From contig OZ024740.1 of assembly GCA_964016885.1 (NCBI GenBank), positions 282,844,001-282,908,000 of the forward strand: 64,000 nucleotides of DNA, in the 5' to 3' direction. Made by a program: the position numbers and the translations under genes. Numbering within the stretch: position 1 is the first letter of the stretch; each line of letters starts with the position of its first letter. The DNA is from Eledone cirrhosa. Lineage: Eukaryota. The notes below the pieces were generated by a model. The model was not told the origin of the DNA. It saw nothing but the letters and a program-made list of their open reading frames with translations, and made no database searches. Below, piece after piece: positions 39,693 through 52,789 of the stretch.

Positions 39693-39732
<40 letters not shown>

Positions 39733-39766
39733 GCAACCTGTATACGGTAGCTCGACTCGTTAAAAG

Positions 39767-39966
39767 TGCGAAAGTCGGCTGAAAAGTTCATAGGCAGACT
39801 TTGAAGGAATGATGCTAGAGCTGTGAAATCTTGCACGAATTAATTTTCAACTTTTTTTAATAACTGCAATATTTATTTCCAGGGACTATGTTGAAAAATA
39901 ACACTCATTAGATCATTCTACGAGAATACCTTGGACAGCCTATGAAGTTTTCAGCCGATCCACGTA
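39767..39966. mobile_element. Tc1/mariner-type MITE
   Basis: ~29-bp TIRs tcggctgaaaagttcataggc / gcctatgaagttttcagccga; the right end finishes in cgta. Confidence 0.6.
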
Positions 39967-40098
39967 GTTATCCTTAACTAGACCACCCCTGACCCGTTGG
40001 GTCACGTTCATTTCAAAATAATTTTTAAATAATTAAAATATACATAGACATGTATATAATGTGAAATCAACTGGCCCATATATATACGTGTGTTTATG

Positions 40099-40131
<33 letters not shown>

Positions 40132-40207
40132 ATGTGTGTGGGTGTATGTGCATGTGTGTGTGTGTATATATATGTGGGTGTATGTGATCTATATACACTA
40201 ATCATAG

Positions 40208-40246
<39 letters not shown>

Positions 40247-40703
40247 CACACACACTCATACATATATACACAGCAACACCACCAGCTCTCTCTGTTCCTC
40301 TCTCTTCATTCTCCTTCTCTGTCTCCTCTCTCTCTCTCTATGTCTCTCTTTCAATCTAACCTCTTGCAACCACTATTGCTTTCTCTCTATCCTCTCTCTC
40401 TGTTTATGACGGTACCGAGAAAACCTCATATCTCGGGAACCCATGCTTCAATTTACGCGAAACTTGTTTTATTCCATTTGTATTCCCATTTCAGGGTCAA
40501 CGTCCTTTCAAAGTATCCCCATTATGCGCCCTTTGAGCTGTATTACATTACAGACAAGCAAGCAAGCAGCTACAGACTTTTAGTAATATATAGATAGAAG
40601 AGAACAACACAAACAGAATGATCTGTTGCGGAAGGCATGTCATGAATGGGTGTTAGATGTTCAAAGAGCGACATCTACAACACCAAAATGATGATAAACA
40701 TAA

Positions 40704-40921
40704 GTGTTTCTACTTTAGGCGCAAGGTCAGCAATATGAAGGGGCAGGGGAAAGTCCATTGAATCGATCCCAATGCATTACTGGTGCTTTATGTATTGACC
40801 CCATAAGGATGAAAAGCAAATCTAACCTCGGCAGGATTTGAACTCAGAACGTAAAATGCCGTAACTCTATGCCGCGAAGCATGGTGTCCGACGCTCTACC
40901 GATACTGCCAATCCACTACCC
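40704..40921 (-). mobile_element. SINE, longer and more diverged subfamily (3' fragment also at 39600-39692)
   Basis: SINE consensus plus an extra segment like that at 1465-1500. Confidence 0.8.
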
Positions 40922-41199
40922 TCATGCTGATGTTCATGCTGATGGTGATGGTGGTGATGATGATGATTACATCCAAAATAGTAACAGTTGGTTTGACAGC
41001 AACAGCACCATTAGACGGCGAGTTAGTAAATTGTTAGAGCGTAAAGGGAAATGCCTTGAAATAGTAGTTCTAGCTCTTTGCATTTGGTGTTCAAATTCCT
41101 TTGTTTGATAGACATAATCCGTCGCCTGGTTTATCACCTCGGTCTGGCACCTTAGATGCTTGTAGTGGACTCTATTGCAATTCTTCGAAAAGATGTTCT

Positions 41200-41735
41200 G
41201 GTTTTTGAATACCTTCCTTAGTACCTACCTTCCACCAAATGTGGAGATCCCGAAAAGTGCCATGACAGCAAGCTTGAAAGAGAACAACTAGAAGCAGCTC
41301 GAGCGATCACTGGACATGTACGCACAACGCCAACTGATGCTGTCCTACTTGAAGCACACTTTCCACCGTCATTCGCCGGGAATATCGCCCACCACCGATC
41401 CAGCATCAACGTCTACAATCAGTCTTTAGCCGCCACCCAAATGAAGAGAGTGAGCAAACTCTCTCCAAAGCAGATAGGAACCATCTCGTCCGCTTCCGCA
41501 GTGGACATCACACGTCATTAAGGAGATGGCTCCATATGATCGGCCAAGCGGAAATCAACACATGCCGTCTGTGCGGAGGGGGAAGAAGAATCCTTCAAAC
41601 ATCTTTGGATGAGATGTCCGGCCTTCATCGTGGATTGTTATCACCACCAACTCGGCTCCAGCATGGATGAACTCGTGCATCTCCCACAAGCCAGTCTAGC
41701 GCTACCGAGGGTAATCCTCAGGCGCCTGAGGTAAG
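41200..41735 (+). pseudogene. Decayed LINE 3' fragments (I/Ingi/Jockey-like)
   Basis: ARAITGHVRTTPTDAVLLEA and C...EEESFKHLWMRCPAF...VILRRLR*, followed by (CAA)n. Confidence 0.5.
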
Positions 41736-41764
41736 AAAACAAAAAAAAAAAACACCACAGTCTC

Positions 41765-41969
41765 AACAACAAAACAACAACAACAACGACAGAAGTAGAA
41801 ATGACAGACGTAGTAATAACCGTAGCAACAACAGCAGCAACAGCAGCAGCAACAATAGCAGCAACAATAGCAATCACATCAACAACAATAACAATGACAT
41901 CTACAGTTAAACCTATAGCAGCAATAAAAAGAATAGTAGTCACAAAAGAAACAGTGGCCTCAACAGCAA

Positions 41970-42005
<36 letters not shown>

Positions 42006-42006
42006 C

Positions 42007-42038
<32 letters not shown>

Positions 42039-42860
42039 CCCCAACAACAACAACAACATCAACAATAACCACCCCAACAACAACAACAGCAACAACAACA
42101 GCAACAATAATCACCCCAACAATAACAACAGTACCAGCAAGAACAAGAACAATAGCAATCTCGTGATCATTAAATCGTCATTAGGCAACAATGGTAGCAG
42201 GAAAACTAGTGGTAGCAGTAAGAGGAAGGTGAGAGATATGAGGAGAATAACGAAGAAAACTCGGGTGATGATGGTGATGGTGATGATGATGATGGTGATG
42301 ATGTCTATGGTGGTGATAATGATTATGATGGTGATGGTGATGGAGATGGTGATGGTGGTTAGGATGTCTATTGTGGTGATAAGGATTATGATGGTGATGG
42401 TGATGCTGATGGTGATGGTGGTTAGGATGTCTATTGTGGTGATAAGGATTATGATGGTGATGGTGATGCTGATGGTGATGGTGATGGTGGTTAGGATGTC
42501 TATTGTGGTGATAAGGATTATGATGGTGATGGTGATGCTGATGATATTGTTGATGATGATGTCTATGGTGGTGATAAGGATTATGATGATGATGTTGGTA
42601 ATGGTAAAGGATGGTGATGGTGATGACGATGGTGATGATGATGATGATGATGATGACCATGGTGGTGATAATAATTATGATGATGATTATGATGATGATT
42701 ATGATGATAATGGCAAATGATTATGATGGTGATGGTGATGGTGATGGTGATGGTGATGATGATGTCTATTGTAGTGATAAGGATTATGATGGTGATGGTG
42801 ATGTCTATGGTGGTGATAATGATTATGATGGTGATGTTGATGGAGGTGATGCTAAATAAT
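41765..42860. repeat. (CAA/GCA)n and (GAT/GGT)n low-complexity tracts with ~63-69-bp higher-order repeats
   Basis: ggttaggatgtctattgtggtgataaggattatgatgg recurs at ~42357, 42420 and 42489. Confidence 0.85.
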
Positions 42861-42944
42861 TATGATGATGCAGGTAATGATGCTAATGATGATGGCAGTG
42901 ATGATAATGTAGATGCTCAAGGTGGCGGGGATGATAATTATCAT

Positions 42945-43301
42945 AATTGTTTCTACTTTTGGCACAAGGCCAGCAATTCACCAGTACATTACTGGTACTT
43001 TATTTTATCGACCCCGTAAGGATGAAAGGCGCTCTGGGAATGATACCTAAGGGGTCTAATGATTACTTATCCCAAATCCCAGGAAACCCGCGTATAGGAG
43101 AAATACAAAAGATAGTACTAATGGGAACTGCCCATATACTAAGGAAGATTCTGTCAATATAAGTACATCACAAGTCTAAACACTAAAGATGTATGTGTGA
43201 GTATGTATGTTCGTTCTTGAACATGGCGGACCTTGTTGTCTCTTGAGGTCACTGGTTGTGACTTGGTGATAACTCGTATGAACATAAAGCAAGATAAATG
43301 C

Positions 43302-43349
<48 letters not shown>

Positions 43350-43547
43350 TATTATTATTATTATTATTATTATTTCTACTTTTGGCACATGGCCAGCAAT
43401 TATCCAAGTGCATTACTGGTACTTTATTTTATCGACCCCGTAAGGATGAAAGGCAAAGTTAACCTCGGCGGGATTTGAACTTAGACCGTAAAGGGGCGTA
43501 ACTATTGCTGCAAAGCATGGCGTCCGACTTTCTACCGATACTGCCAA
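42945..43547. mobile_element. SINE fragment (-, 42945-43030) fused to Dong family A 3' end (+, 43027-43282), then (AAT)n/(ATT)n and a SINE (-, 43373-43547)
   Basis: 43027-43282 matches 34235-34511; AGGC is shared at the junction. Confidence 0.85.
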
Positions 43548-44089
43548 GATGATAGGCATGATGATGATGATGAAGACAAACAAGAAGAAGGAAAAGAAAT
43601 ACATTTACTAGAACAACAAAAGCAACAGCAACAATCACAACAGCAACCATTTCTTCACCACTTCATTAAATACTCATTCGTGATATTAAACCATCGAATA
43701 TACGCCTCTTTCTACTCCTCATCCAATATCTCTTCTTAATCTGTTCTAACACCTCCTTGTTGTTACCTCTTCCCTGCTTTTATTATTTTCTCTGAAAACA
43801 CCTGCTTCCATCTCTGACCACCACCACCACCACCACCACCACTAACACCACCACTACCATCACCGCCTCTGACCATCACCACCACCAAAACCATCACCAC
43901 TACCACCACCACCATCACCACCACCAGAGATTATTCTGGTCAGCTCAAGTCTAAACTGACTGATTTAGTTACTATGGAAAATAATCTCCTCTCATTTTCT
44001 CAGTAGTAAGCTACGCACATAATATATCACCTAAGATTATATAATATAATATCATCTAATATATTATATAATATAAGATTATATAATTC

Positions 44090-44272
44090 TTTCTACTTTT
44101 TGGCACAAGTCCAGCAATTACCCAGTACATTACTGGTACTTTATTTTATCGACCCCGTAAGGATGAAAGGCAAAGTTAACCTCGGTGAGATCTGAACTCA
44201 GAATGGCAAGGGCCGTAACTCTATGCATCAAAGCATGACGTCCGACCCTCTACCGATACTGCCAATTCACCG
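44090..44272 (-). mobile_element. tRNA-derived SINE (further copies at 45065-45217 -, 48644-48790 +, 58592-58640 -)
   Basis: Matches the SINE consensus. Confidence 0.85.
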
Positions 44273-44276
44273 ATAA

Positions 44277-44712
44277 CACCGTGTAACATAGCTTGTTCCC
44301 CGGTTCTACGTATTATTTCCTGGTTTGTTATATCCCATTATTATGAAAAAACACTATTATTTACTCAGAAGTTTGGGTTTGTGGTCAGAAGTTTGATATT
44401 TCGAAATTTTCATATTTTTCAAGAAAAAACACATTTTAAAAAAAATTATCAGTTCATATAATTAAATTAACAGAGTATTTATTTATTTCATTACACAAGC
44501 TTATAAAAAGCAAACAAGTAAAAACAAATAACACGTATAAAGCAACTTATACACGTCAGAAATGACTGTATTTCCTGGATTTGCGGTTGTAGTCTAGGTC
44601 GCATTCCCGAACTAGCCTCCAGATATAGTCCCCCATCATTTTTTTCATTGTAGTGGCCCTGGTACCTCCGCTCTATCTCTTTCACATCTTGGTGGAATTG
44701 TTCGCCTTGAAT
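44277..44712 (-). mobile_element. DNA transposon 3' end, probably Chapaev-3 (CMC) type
   Basis: The minus strand reads QGEQFHQDVKEIERRYQG..., then (frameshift) MMGDYIW. The terminus begins CACcgtgtaac. Superfamily assignment is from memory. Confidence 0.55.
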
Positions 44713-45012
44713 TATAATTCAATATAATGTAATATGATATAATATAATATAACATAATATAATATAATATAATATAATATAACATAATATAATATAATAT
44801 AATATAACATAATATAATATAATATAATATAATATCTTGGTGGAATTGTTCGCCTTGAATTATAATTCAATATAATGTAATATGATATAATATAATATAA
44901 CATAATATAATATAATATAATATAATATAATATAATATAATATAATATAATATAACATAATATAATATAATATAATATAATATACTGTAATATAATATAA
45001 CATAATATAATA
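44687..45012. repeat. (ATATA)n pentamer array with a ~148-bp tandem duplication including the transposase breakpoint
   Basis: tcttggtggaattgttcgccttgaattataattc occurs at 44687 and 44835. Confidence 0.85.
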
Positions 45013-45391
45013 TTACGTTATTGCTAATTTCATAATACATGCTTATTACATATTAAACGACCGACCCCAATGCGTGGCTGGTACTTTATTTTATCGACCC
45101 CGTTAAGATGAAATGCAAGGCTACCTGCGACGGGATTCGAACTCAGAACGCAGAGAGCCGTAACTCTATGCCAGAAAACAGGGTGTCCGACGCTCTACTG
45201 ATACTAACAATTCACCAATTACATAATACATTCGAAACGTTATATCATCTAAGATCCGTTTCTCCACAGAAAGCTGTAGTCGCATTAGTTTGTTCTCTCT
45301 TGTTAATAACTAATATTGGAACATATTAAAATCTTTCTATCTGGAATTCTCTGTGAACGTCTCTCTCTCTGTTTGTCTGTCTGCTTCTCTC

Positions 45392-45452
<61 letters not shown>

Positions 45453-45763
45453 ATCTCTCTTTCATGTGTTTCTTACTCTTTCTCTCTTTTTCTCATCATC
45501 CTAACACATCAGTCCCTCTCTTCCATCCGTGGCTTATCCCCCTCTCTCTCTCTCTATCTATCTATCTATCTCTCTCTCTCTCTCTATCTATCTAACTATT
45601 TATCTATCTATTACTGTATTACTGTGTTGTCCCTCTTTTCATTCGGTTTCTCTCTTCTCTCTTTCTATCTCCCCTCTGTCTCTCAGCCCTTCCCTCTCCC
45701 CTGTCTTATTCTGAACTCCCTTTCCTCTCTGTCCGCCTGTTATCCCACCCTTGTCCCAGTTCG

Positions 45764-45814
<51 letters not shown>

Positions 45815-45954
45815 CACACAATTCGTGTAAATCCCGTATCTATATAACCCTGGTATCCGTCTTACATGATTCCACTAATTTTATAACCTATCCTTCCATC
45901 TTCTTTATAGCTTTTCTTTATTTTTCTTCCACCACTCTATCTATTTACAACACG

Positions 45955-45989
<35 letters not shown>

Positions 45990-46298
45990 TCCTATATAAA
46001 TCCATTAGCAACTAAATCCTTATATTTATCTACTCCTTATGCAATTCCATTTATTTTTCTACTAATCCACCCACGTTTTCTCTATTTATCTTATTCGGTC
46101 ACTTCCCCTCTTTAATATAAACACTTATCTAATCTTTACCAGTCACTTAACCTCAGATTATGTCATCAGTTTTCTTAAGCGCCTTTACAACCTCTCTTTC
46201 TCTGTCTCTCAACCCATAAATCACTTCACACTACTTTCGATATATCTATGTCTGTATTCTGTATGTGTGTCTGTCTATTTACCTATTTATTTCCTTCT

Positions 46299-48023
46299 AT
46301 CGCGCGGTCCATCCGACAAGGGTGCCCTCTCTCCTCCCTTCTGTATGTAATGACTCTAGAGCCACTGCTGCGGAAAGGGGTGTCGGCCTATGCCGATGAC
46401 GTAACAGTAATGGTGTCGACGGCCTCGGAAATCGGGGCGATCGGCACCTTACTGGAGGAGTACAAAAGGTTTACAGGGGCTAAGCTGAACCGGGACAAGT
46501 CGATCGGTTTGCAACTCGGCACGTGGAGGGGAAAATCGATGCCCTCCGATGGCGTCGTCGGGCGCTGGACGGAGGGCCCGGGGAAGTTGCTCGGGGTCTG
46601 GTTCGGACCAGACCTCCAGGTGGAGAAAAACTGGGGTGAGGTAACGAACAGGGTGTTTGCACTGACCCAGAAGTGGGCCGAGTGCAAACTGTCCCTGAAA
46701 ATCGGGCGGAGGTGGCGAACACTTATATAGCGTCCGTCATCTACTACCGCCTGACCGTCGTGCCTTGCCCAAGAGAAACGCTCGCCAAAATGGAGCGCGC
46801 ACTCTTCCAATTCCTTTGGAAGAAGCGGGCTCCTATGGTGAGGAGATCCATCTGCTCTCAACACCCTTCGAAAGGAGGGCTGGGGATGCCGTGGCTGATG
46901 ATGCGTAAACACGCATTAAGGCTACGGCACCTCCAGGTATTCCTAACCGGTCAACTGGTGTGGGCCCCGTTTGTGAGGCAAGCCTATCCCAGACTCGTCT
47001 CGCTCACCGAGCTGCAGTCCTGGGTCAAGCAAAGACCGAGAAAAATGGGCGCCTGGCACACCGAGTGTGCCCAGGCGCTCACGGCTCTCAGGCAGGCGGA
47101 CCCGGCTGTCAGTGGAGAATCCACCTCGTCATTCTATAGAGGGCTGGTGGTTAGCAGGTGCGACGACGCCCTCGGAGAAGCCCTAGGGATGGAGGAAAAC
47201 GAACTGGCCAACCTGTTCGGTAGGACATTCAGCCCGGGACCTATGGATAACTTCCAGAGGTACCCGGCCTGGCAGTACTACCGAGGGGCTCTTCCCGTTC
47301 GAGAAAAGCTCTACAGACACGGGCACCCGGGTAGGGACCCCTCGAAAAAGATCTGTCCCAGATGCGTGTGCGACGAGGAAACCGTTCCACACGCATTGGT
47401 ACACTGCTCGGGCATTGCCGATCTGTGGGGCTATGTCACGGGTGGAACCGATCCGGTTGACCACCGAGTCTATTGTAACGATGAAGACCCCCCCCCCCCT
47501 CCTCAAAAACGAAGGAGAAGCGGTGTTTCTGTGCGTAATAGCCATGGTGAAAGAGGTTGTATGGTGGACGGGTCTGAAAGGACTGAGGTCAGACACCTTT
47601 CTCTCTGGCCAATAACGGGTCCGTTTCTTCCGATATCATTTCGGAAGAAGGAACAGAATGGAGAGAGAGGTACTGCACCCCAGCCGTTTTTATGAAAGAT
47701 GGGTGAAAGTGCCGAGAATGGCCCGTGTGAATGGGCCTTCACTCTACATCAAACTGTGGGTGAGAAAGATGAAAGATCAAGGGAGCACCCTCTCGCTGTG
47801 CTCCTGAGGAGAAGGGTTGCACACTTTTTTCGGGTGTGTGTGCGACCTCACTAGACGCCTCCTCCCTATTGATGATTTTGTTATTCGATTTATTTTTGTT
47901 ATATTTTATATTTTTATATTTTGTTATTGCCTCCTCCTTATTGAGGATGCCGTTTCATGTAAAGTCCCCCCCCCATTCTACTTGTCCCACTCTTTGATGC
48001 CCTGGTGGCAAATAAAAAGAAAG
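46299..48023 (+). mobile_element. Tx1/L1 family 2, 5'-truncated and frameshifted, with ~22-bp TSD
   Basis: RQGCPLS, YADD, CPRC..H...C. ttacc(t/c)atttatttccttctat at 46279-46300 and 48024-48045. Confidence 0.9.
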
Positions 48024-48063
48024 TTACCCATTTATTTCCTTCTATATTTCTTTCTTTATATCA

Positions 48064-48107
<44 letters not shown>

Positions 48108-48154
48108 TCTATCTCTCACTCCTCTCTCTCTCTTTCTCCCCTCTCTCTCTTTCT

Positions 48155-48249
<95 letters not shown>

Positions 48250-50371
48250 TATATACATGCGGTACAAGTATACATATATATATTTATTTTGATTCTCAAT
48301 TAGGTCTACATAGGTTGTAATGTTCACCCGTGTTTAGATTTAATTTTGCATCAAGAAAATATATTATCTTTGTTTTTTATTTATTGCAACTTCTAAATAA
48401 AATTATTTGAAAATGCTAATTATCGTCTCTCTGGGTTCGTATATTTTATGTTTATGTTATGGAATATAACGAAGAAATCTTCTCTTTTTTTCAGTGCGTT
48501 TAAAATGCATAATGCAAACTAATTGGAAGACCTGCGTAGCTACTTATAGATGCGTCGAAAATTTAATAATCTTTGATTCATAAACTAGAATGAAGAGTTC
48601 CTTGAATTCATTATGATCTTGTTATCATTGCCAATCTAGTATTGGATTGGTAGTATCGGAGGAGCGATGGACAACACACTTTTCAGTATAGAGCTATGTT
48701 CCTTTACGTTCTGAATTCAAATCTCACGAGCTTAGCTTTGCCTTTCATCCTTACGGTGTCGATAAAATTAAGTATCAATAATACACTGGGCTCTGTTCAT
48801 AGAGACGTTGCATCTGTTGTGTATGCAAGCGATTTCATTAGAAATGTATCCTCTTTTAGAGCTATTGGGAAAGGCAGATTTGTAGTGTATGAAAAGGCTT
48901 CCAAATACCAAACTTATTTCCTTATCGTATTTGTGAATATTCAAACTCTACTTCGGTATTGAGTACTTTTTCTCACGTCAGTCAATAATGCATGGATATA
49001 TATATATATATACGATATTAAACAAATGGAAACTATACTTATAAAACCATATTTATTTCGTTATATATATTTCTGGGATATCATATTAAAAATATGGTAT
49101 GCCTTCCTCAGACAAAATACAATACATAAGCTGTTTTATAAATAATTATTGACATACCTTATAATAATGCAACTTCCATTTAAAAAGTTGATTTGGTAGT
49201 GAAACTGTTATGACAGTTATATAGAAAGAAAAACGAAGATGAGAAGAAGAAGATGAAGAGATGTATGTAAATAAAAAAGAAGAAGTTGAAGAGATGTATG
49301 TAAAAAAAAACAACAGAGCGAGATAGAGAGACAAGGAGATATGGGAGAGAGAAATACATTGAGGAAGTGAAAAAACATAGTAAGCAGCTTTTGGACAGAT
49401 GATCATCGTATATGTGAGAGGTTAAGGAGGGAAGGGATACAGTTAAACTAGCCGACACATAAATCACGTCCAGTGTATAGGAGAACAAGAAAGAAAGATG
49501 ATATATTTAAAATATATTAAAAATATATTATGTCTCATCCATTTGAATTATCAATTTTTATGAATTAGGTATTATAATGTAAATATCAGTATTCATGAAT
49601 GAGACACATATCCATAATGTGTGAAAAAAAAATGACCACATGCTTAGTTTAAAAATTCATAGGTCTATAAGCAAAATCTGAGACAAAACTTCAAACATAA
49701 GTATATATGCATTCTCGTGAAAAAAGAAAAAGAGAAAAGAGAAGGTTATCTCAAATTCAAGTTGATAAATATAGACACACATGTGAACCTACGTGATATG
49801 CTGCACAGATTCTTATATTTCATGAAAAACTTCATTGCGTTACAAAAGATTCCACCCTACATACTTTTACATACATATATACATATATATAGACATAAAA
49901 TATATAAGATATACATTAACATTTAAAATAACATTCCAGCCTCACTTGCATGATTATCGATCAAGCATAGAGTAGACAACAGATATCAATATTAAAAATT
50001 AAAAACGCCAAGAATATCTTCGTCACGCCACAGAGTATCTAGGGACGCAGGAGAACATAGTATGCCACGCATATCGGTCACATAAAATCAGAATCAAAAG
50101 CAAACAAAACCAAAATTGTTCACCAAGCCTTATTTAGCAGAAATCATTCAAAACTTATTCTACAAATGCTTTTATATTTATTATAGAAGTTTATCCAGCT
50201 TAAAAATGTATTCAAAAGATTGGGAACAACGCCAATTTTAGGGTAGTTTATTTAATCTCATTAATTATATATTCATGCAGAAAGGTTTTAAAAAAATTGA
50301 AGGAATCGAAAGATTTATCGCCAAGTTTCATAAATAGTTAAATATCTTAAGTAAATATACTACATTTTATA

Positions 50372-50689
50372 CTACATTTTAAATTTATATTTATATTTAA
50401 AAGTTGAGTTCAATCTATGTCTGCAGCAGCTGAATAAATTGGTTCGTAAATTAAGGGAATTTTTAGATTTTAGTATAAAGAATATCTCCTCCGCGCAGAG
50501 GTCACATGTCTCAGGAGAGGAATTAAAAGGAATCCCTTTTGAGACTATATTCCAAACCATCGAATATCCAACTTTATCATGCTTAAGTTGCCAGAGTAAC
50601 CCTGACAGCGATGTTGAAGATTTTTTATTTGGATCCGTGAAAGAATTTTTGTGATTATTATAGCGATTATTATAGCGAAGTTTAAATTC
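50372..50689 (-). pseudogene. PLE GIY-YIG endonuclease C-terminal fragment
   Basis: EFKLRYNN..HKNSF...TSLSGLLWQLK...W.I...CDLCAEE...LNLR....CCRH; homologous to 6876-7280 and 18100-18400. Confidence 0.85.
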
Positions 50690-51737
50690 TGTAGAATAAG
50701 TTTTGAATGATTTCTGCTAAATAAGGCTTGGTGAACAATTTTGGTTTTGTTTGCTTTTGATTCTGATTTTATGTGACCGATATGCGTGGCATACTATGTT
50801 CTCCTGCGTCCCTAGATACTCTGTGGCGTGACGAAGATATTCTTGGCGTTTTTAATTTTTAATATTGATATCTGTTGTCTACTCTATGCTTGATCGATAA
50901 TCATGCAAGTGAGGCTGGAATGTTATTTTAAATGTTAATGTATATCTTATATATTTTATGTCTATATATATGTATATATGTATGTAAAAGTATGTAGGGT
51001 GGAATCTTTTGTAACGCAATGAAGTTTTTCATGAAATATAAGAATCTGTGCAGCATATCACGTAGGTTCACATGTGTGTCTATATTTATCAACTTGAATT
51101 TGAGATAACCTTCTCTTTTCTCTTTTTCTTTTTTCACGAGAATGCATATATACTTATGTTTGAAGTTTTGTCTCAGATTTTGCTTATAGACCTATGAATT
51201 TTTAAACTAAGCATGTGGTCATTTTTTTTTTCACACATTATGGATATGTGTCTCATTCATGAATACTGATATTTACATTATAATACCTAATTCATAAAAA
51301 TTGATAATTCAAATGGATGAGACATAATATATTTTTAATATATTTTAAATATATCATCTTTCTTTCTTGTTCTCCTATACACTGGACGTGATTTATGTGT
51401 CGGCTAGTTTAACTGTATCCCTTCCCTCCTTAACCTCTCACATATACGATGATCATCTGTCCAAAAGCTGCTTACTATGTTTTTTCACTTCCTCAATGTA
51501 TTTCTCTCTCCCATATCTCCTTGTCTCTCTATCTCGCTCTGTTGTTTTTCTTTACATACATCTCTTCAACTTCTTCTTTTTTATTTACATACATCTCTTC
51601 ATCTTCTTCTTCTCATCTTCGTTTTTCTTTCTATATAACTGTCATAACAGTTTCACTACCAAATCAACTTTTTAAATGGAAGTTGCATTATTATAAGGTA
51701 TGTCAATAATTATTTATAAAACAGCTTATGTATTGTA

Positions 51738-51799
51738 TTTTGTCTGAGGAAGGCATACCATATTTTTAATATGATATCCCAGAAATATATATAACGAAA
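51738..51799 (+). ncRNA. Minimal type I hammerhead (identical mirror at 49056-49117, minus strand)
   Basis: UUUUGU-CUGAGGA-a-ggcauac.cauau/auaug.auauccc-a-GAAAU-AUAU-AUA-ACGAAA, overlapping AATAAA. Confidence 0.7.
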
Positions 51800-51929
51800 T
51801 AAATATGGTTTTATAAATATAGTTTCCATTTGTTTAATATCGTAAACCTACTCCAGAAACTGTTGAGTGCTTTTATATCAGTTATAAAATATTTACTCGT
51901 TGTAACCCAACAATCTTAAATAAAACTTT

Positions 51930-52005
<76 letters not shown>

Positions 52006-52789
52006 ACGTACATATATGTATATATATGTATATGTATATATGTATATATATATAGAGAGAGAGAGGGGGGGTAGGATAGAGAGGAGATAGAGTATTAAAA
52101 GTTTTGATACTTCTGTTATGGAATACGGTAATTCACAAACACTAATAGAGTAAAGCCATTACAGAGTCTATTATTTCGCTCTTTCCATAAATTATATATT
52201 TAAGAATATTTATTGATAGGAAAATATGGATAGGAAAACATGCATTTAATAAAACAAATATAATATGTCAGAGAATAATCATAAAATAAATATGTTAGGC
52301 CTTCACTGTGTGAGACTATGAATCATTCTGTTTGCAGTCGGTGCTATTTTACGTCTCTTGTCTCACGTCCCTTGTCTTTCGTATTTGTAGTCTCTTTATG
52401 CCTCGGGTCCGATTGTTTAGGCAAATGAAGATGTTTATAAACAACTGTTGAAACATATGTCAATCTACAGGCACACACACACAGATATATACATACATAC
52501 ATACACACACATACATACAGACACACACACATACATACAGACACACATACATACATTCACACATACACATATATACAAATACAAACGGATACACACACAA
52601 GCACACACACATACATACAGCCAGGACATAAGGTAAAATACACAACAGACTGTCAATACCATTATATGTGTTAAGATGTTTAGTTTAGATACATGGTGCC
52701 AACAAATGATAACGTTTTCAGTGGCTTCCAGGATAGTCATATACTGAGATATAGTTAGATATATAGTTACATGTGTAGTTAGATATATA

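Larger units (their letters stand above)
49011..51932. mobile_element. PLE insertion with 1.15-kb inverted arms (49011-50164, 50690-51844), GIY-YIG fragment in the spacer and tail 51845-51932
   Basis: I noticed only about 3 differences between the arms; (TA)n at both outer ends. Confidence 0.88.

Noticed and set aside
41641-43019. Poly-T/V/M/H/D ORFs (also the YI, HT and CV ORFs elsewhere)
   Set aside because: Microsatellite translations with no domain signal.
49717-51137. Identical 69-aa ORFs on opposite strands
   Set aside because: A by-product of the inverted repeat in AT-rich UTR; no coding signal.
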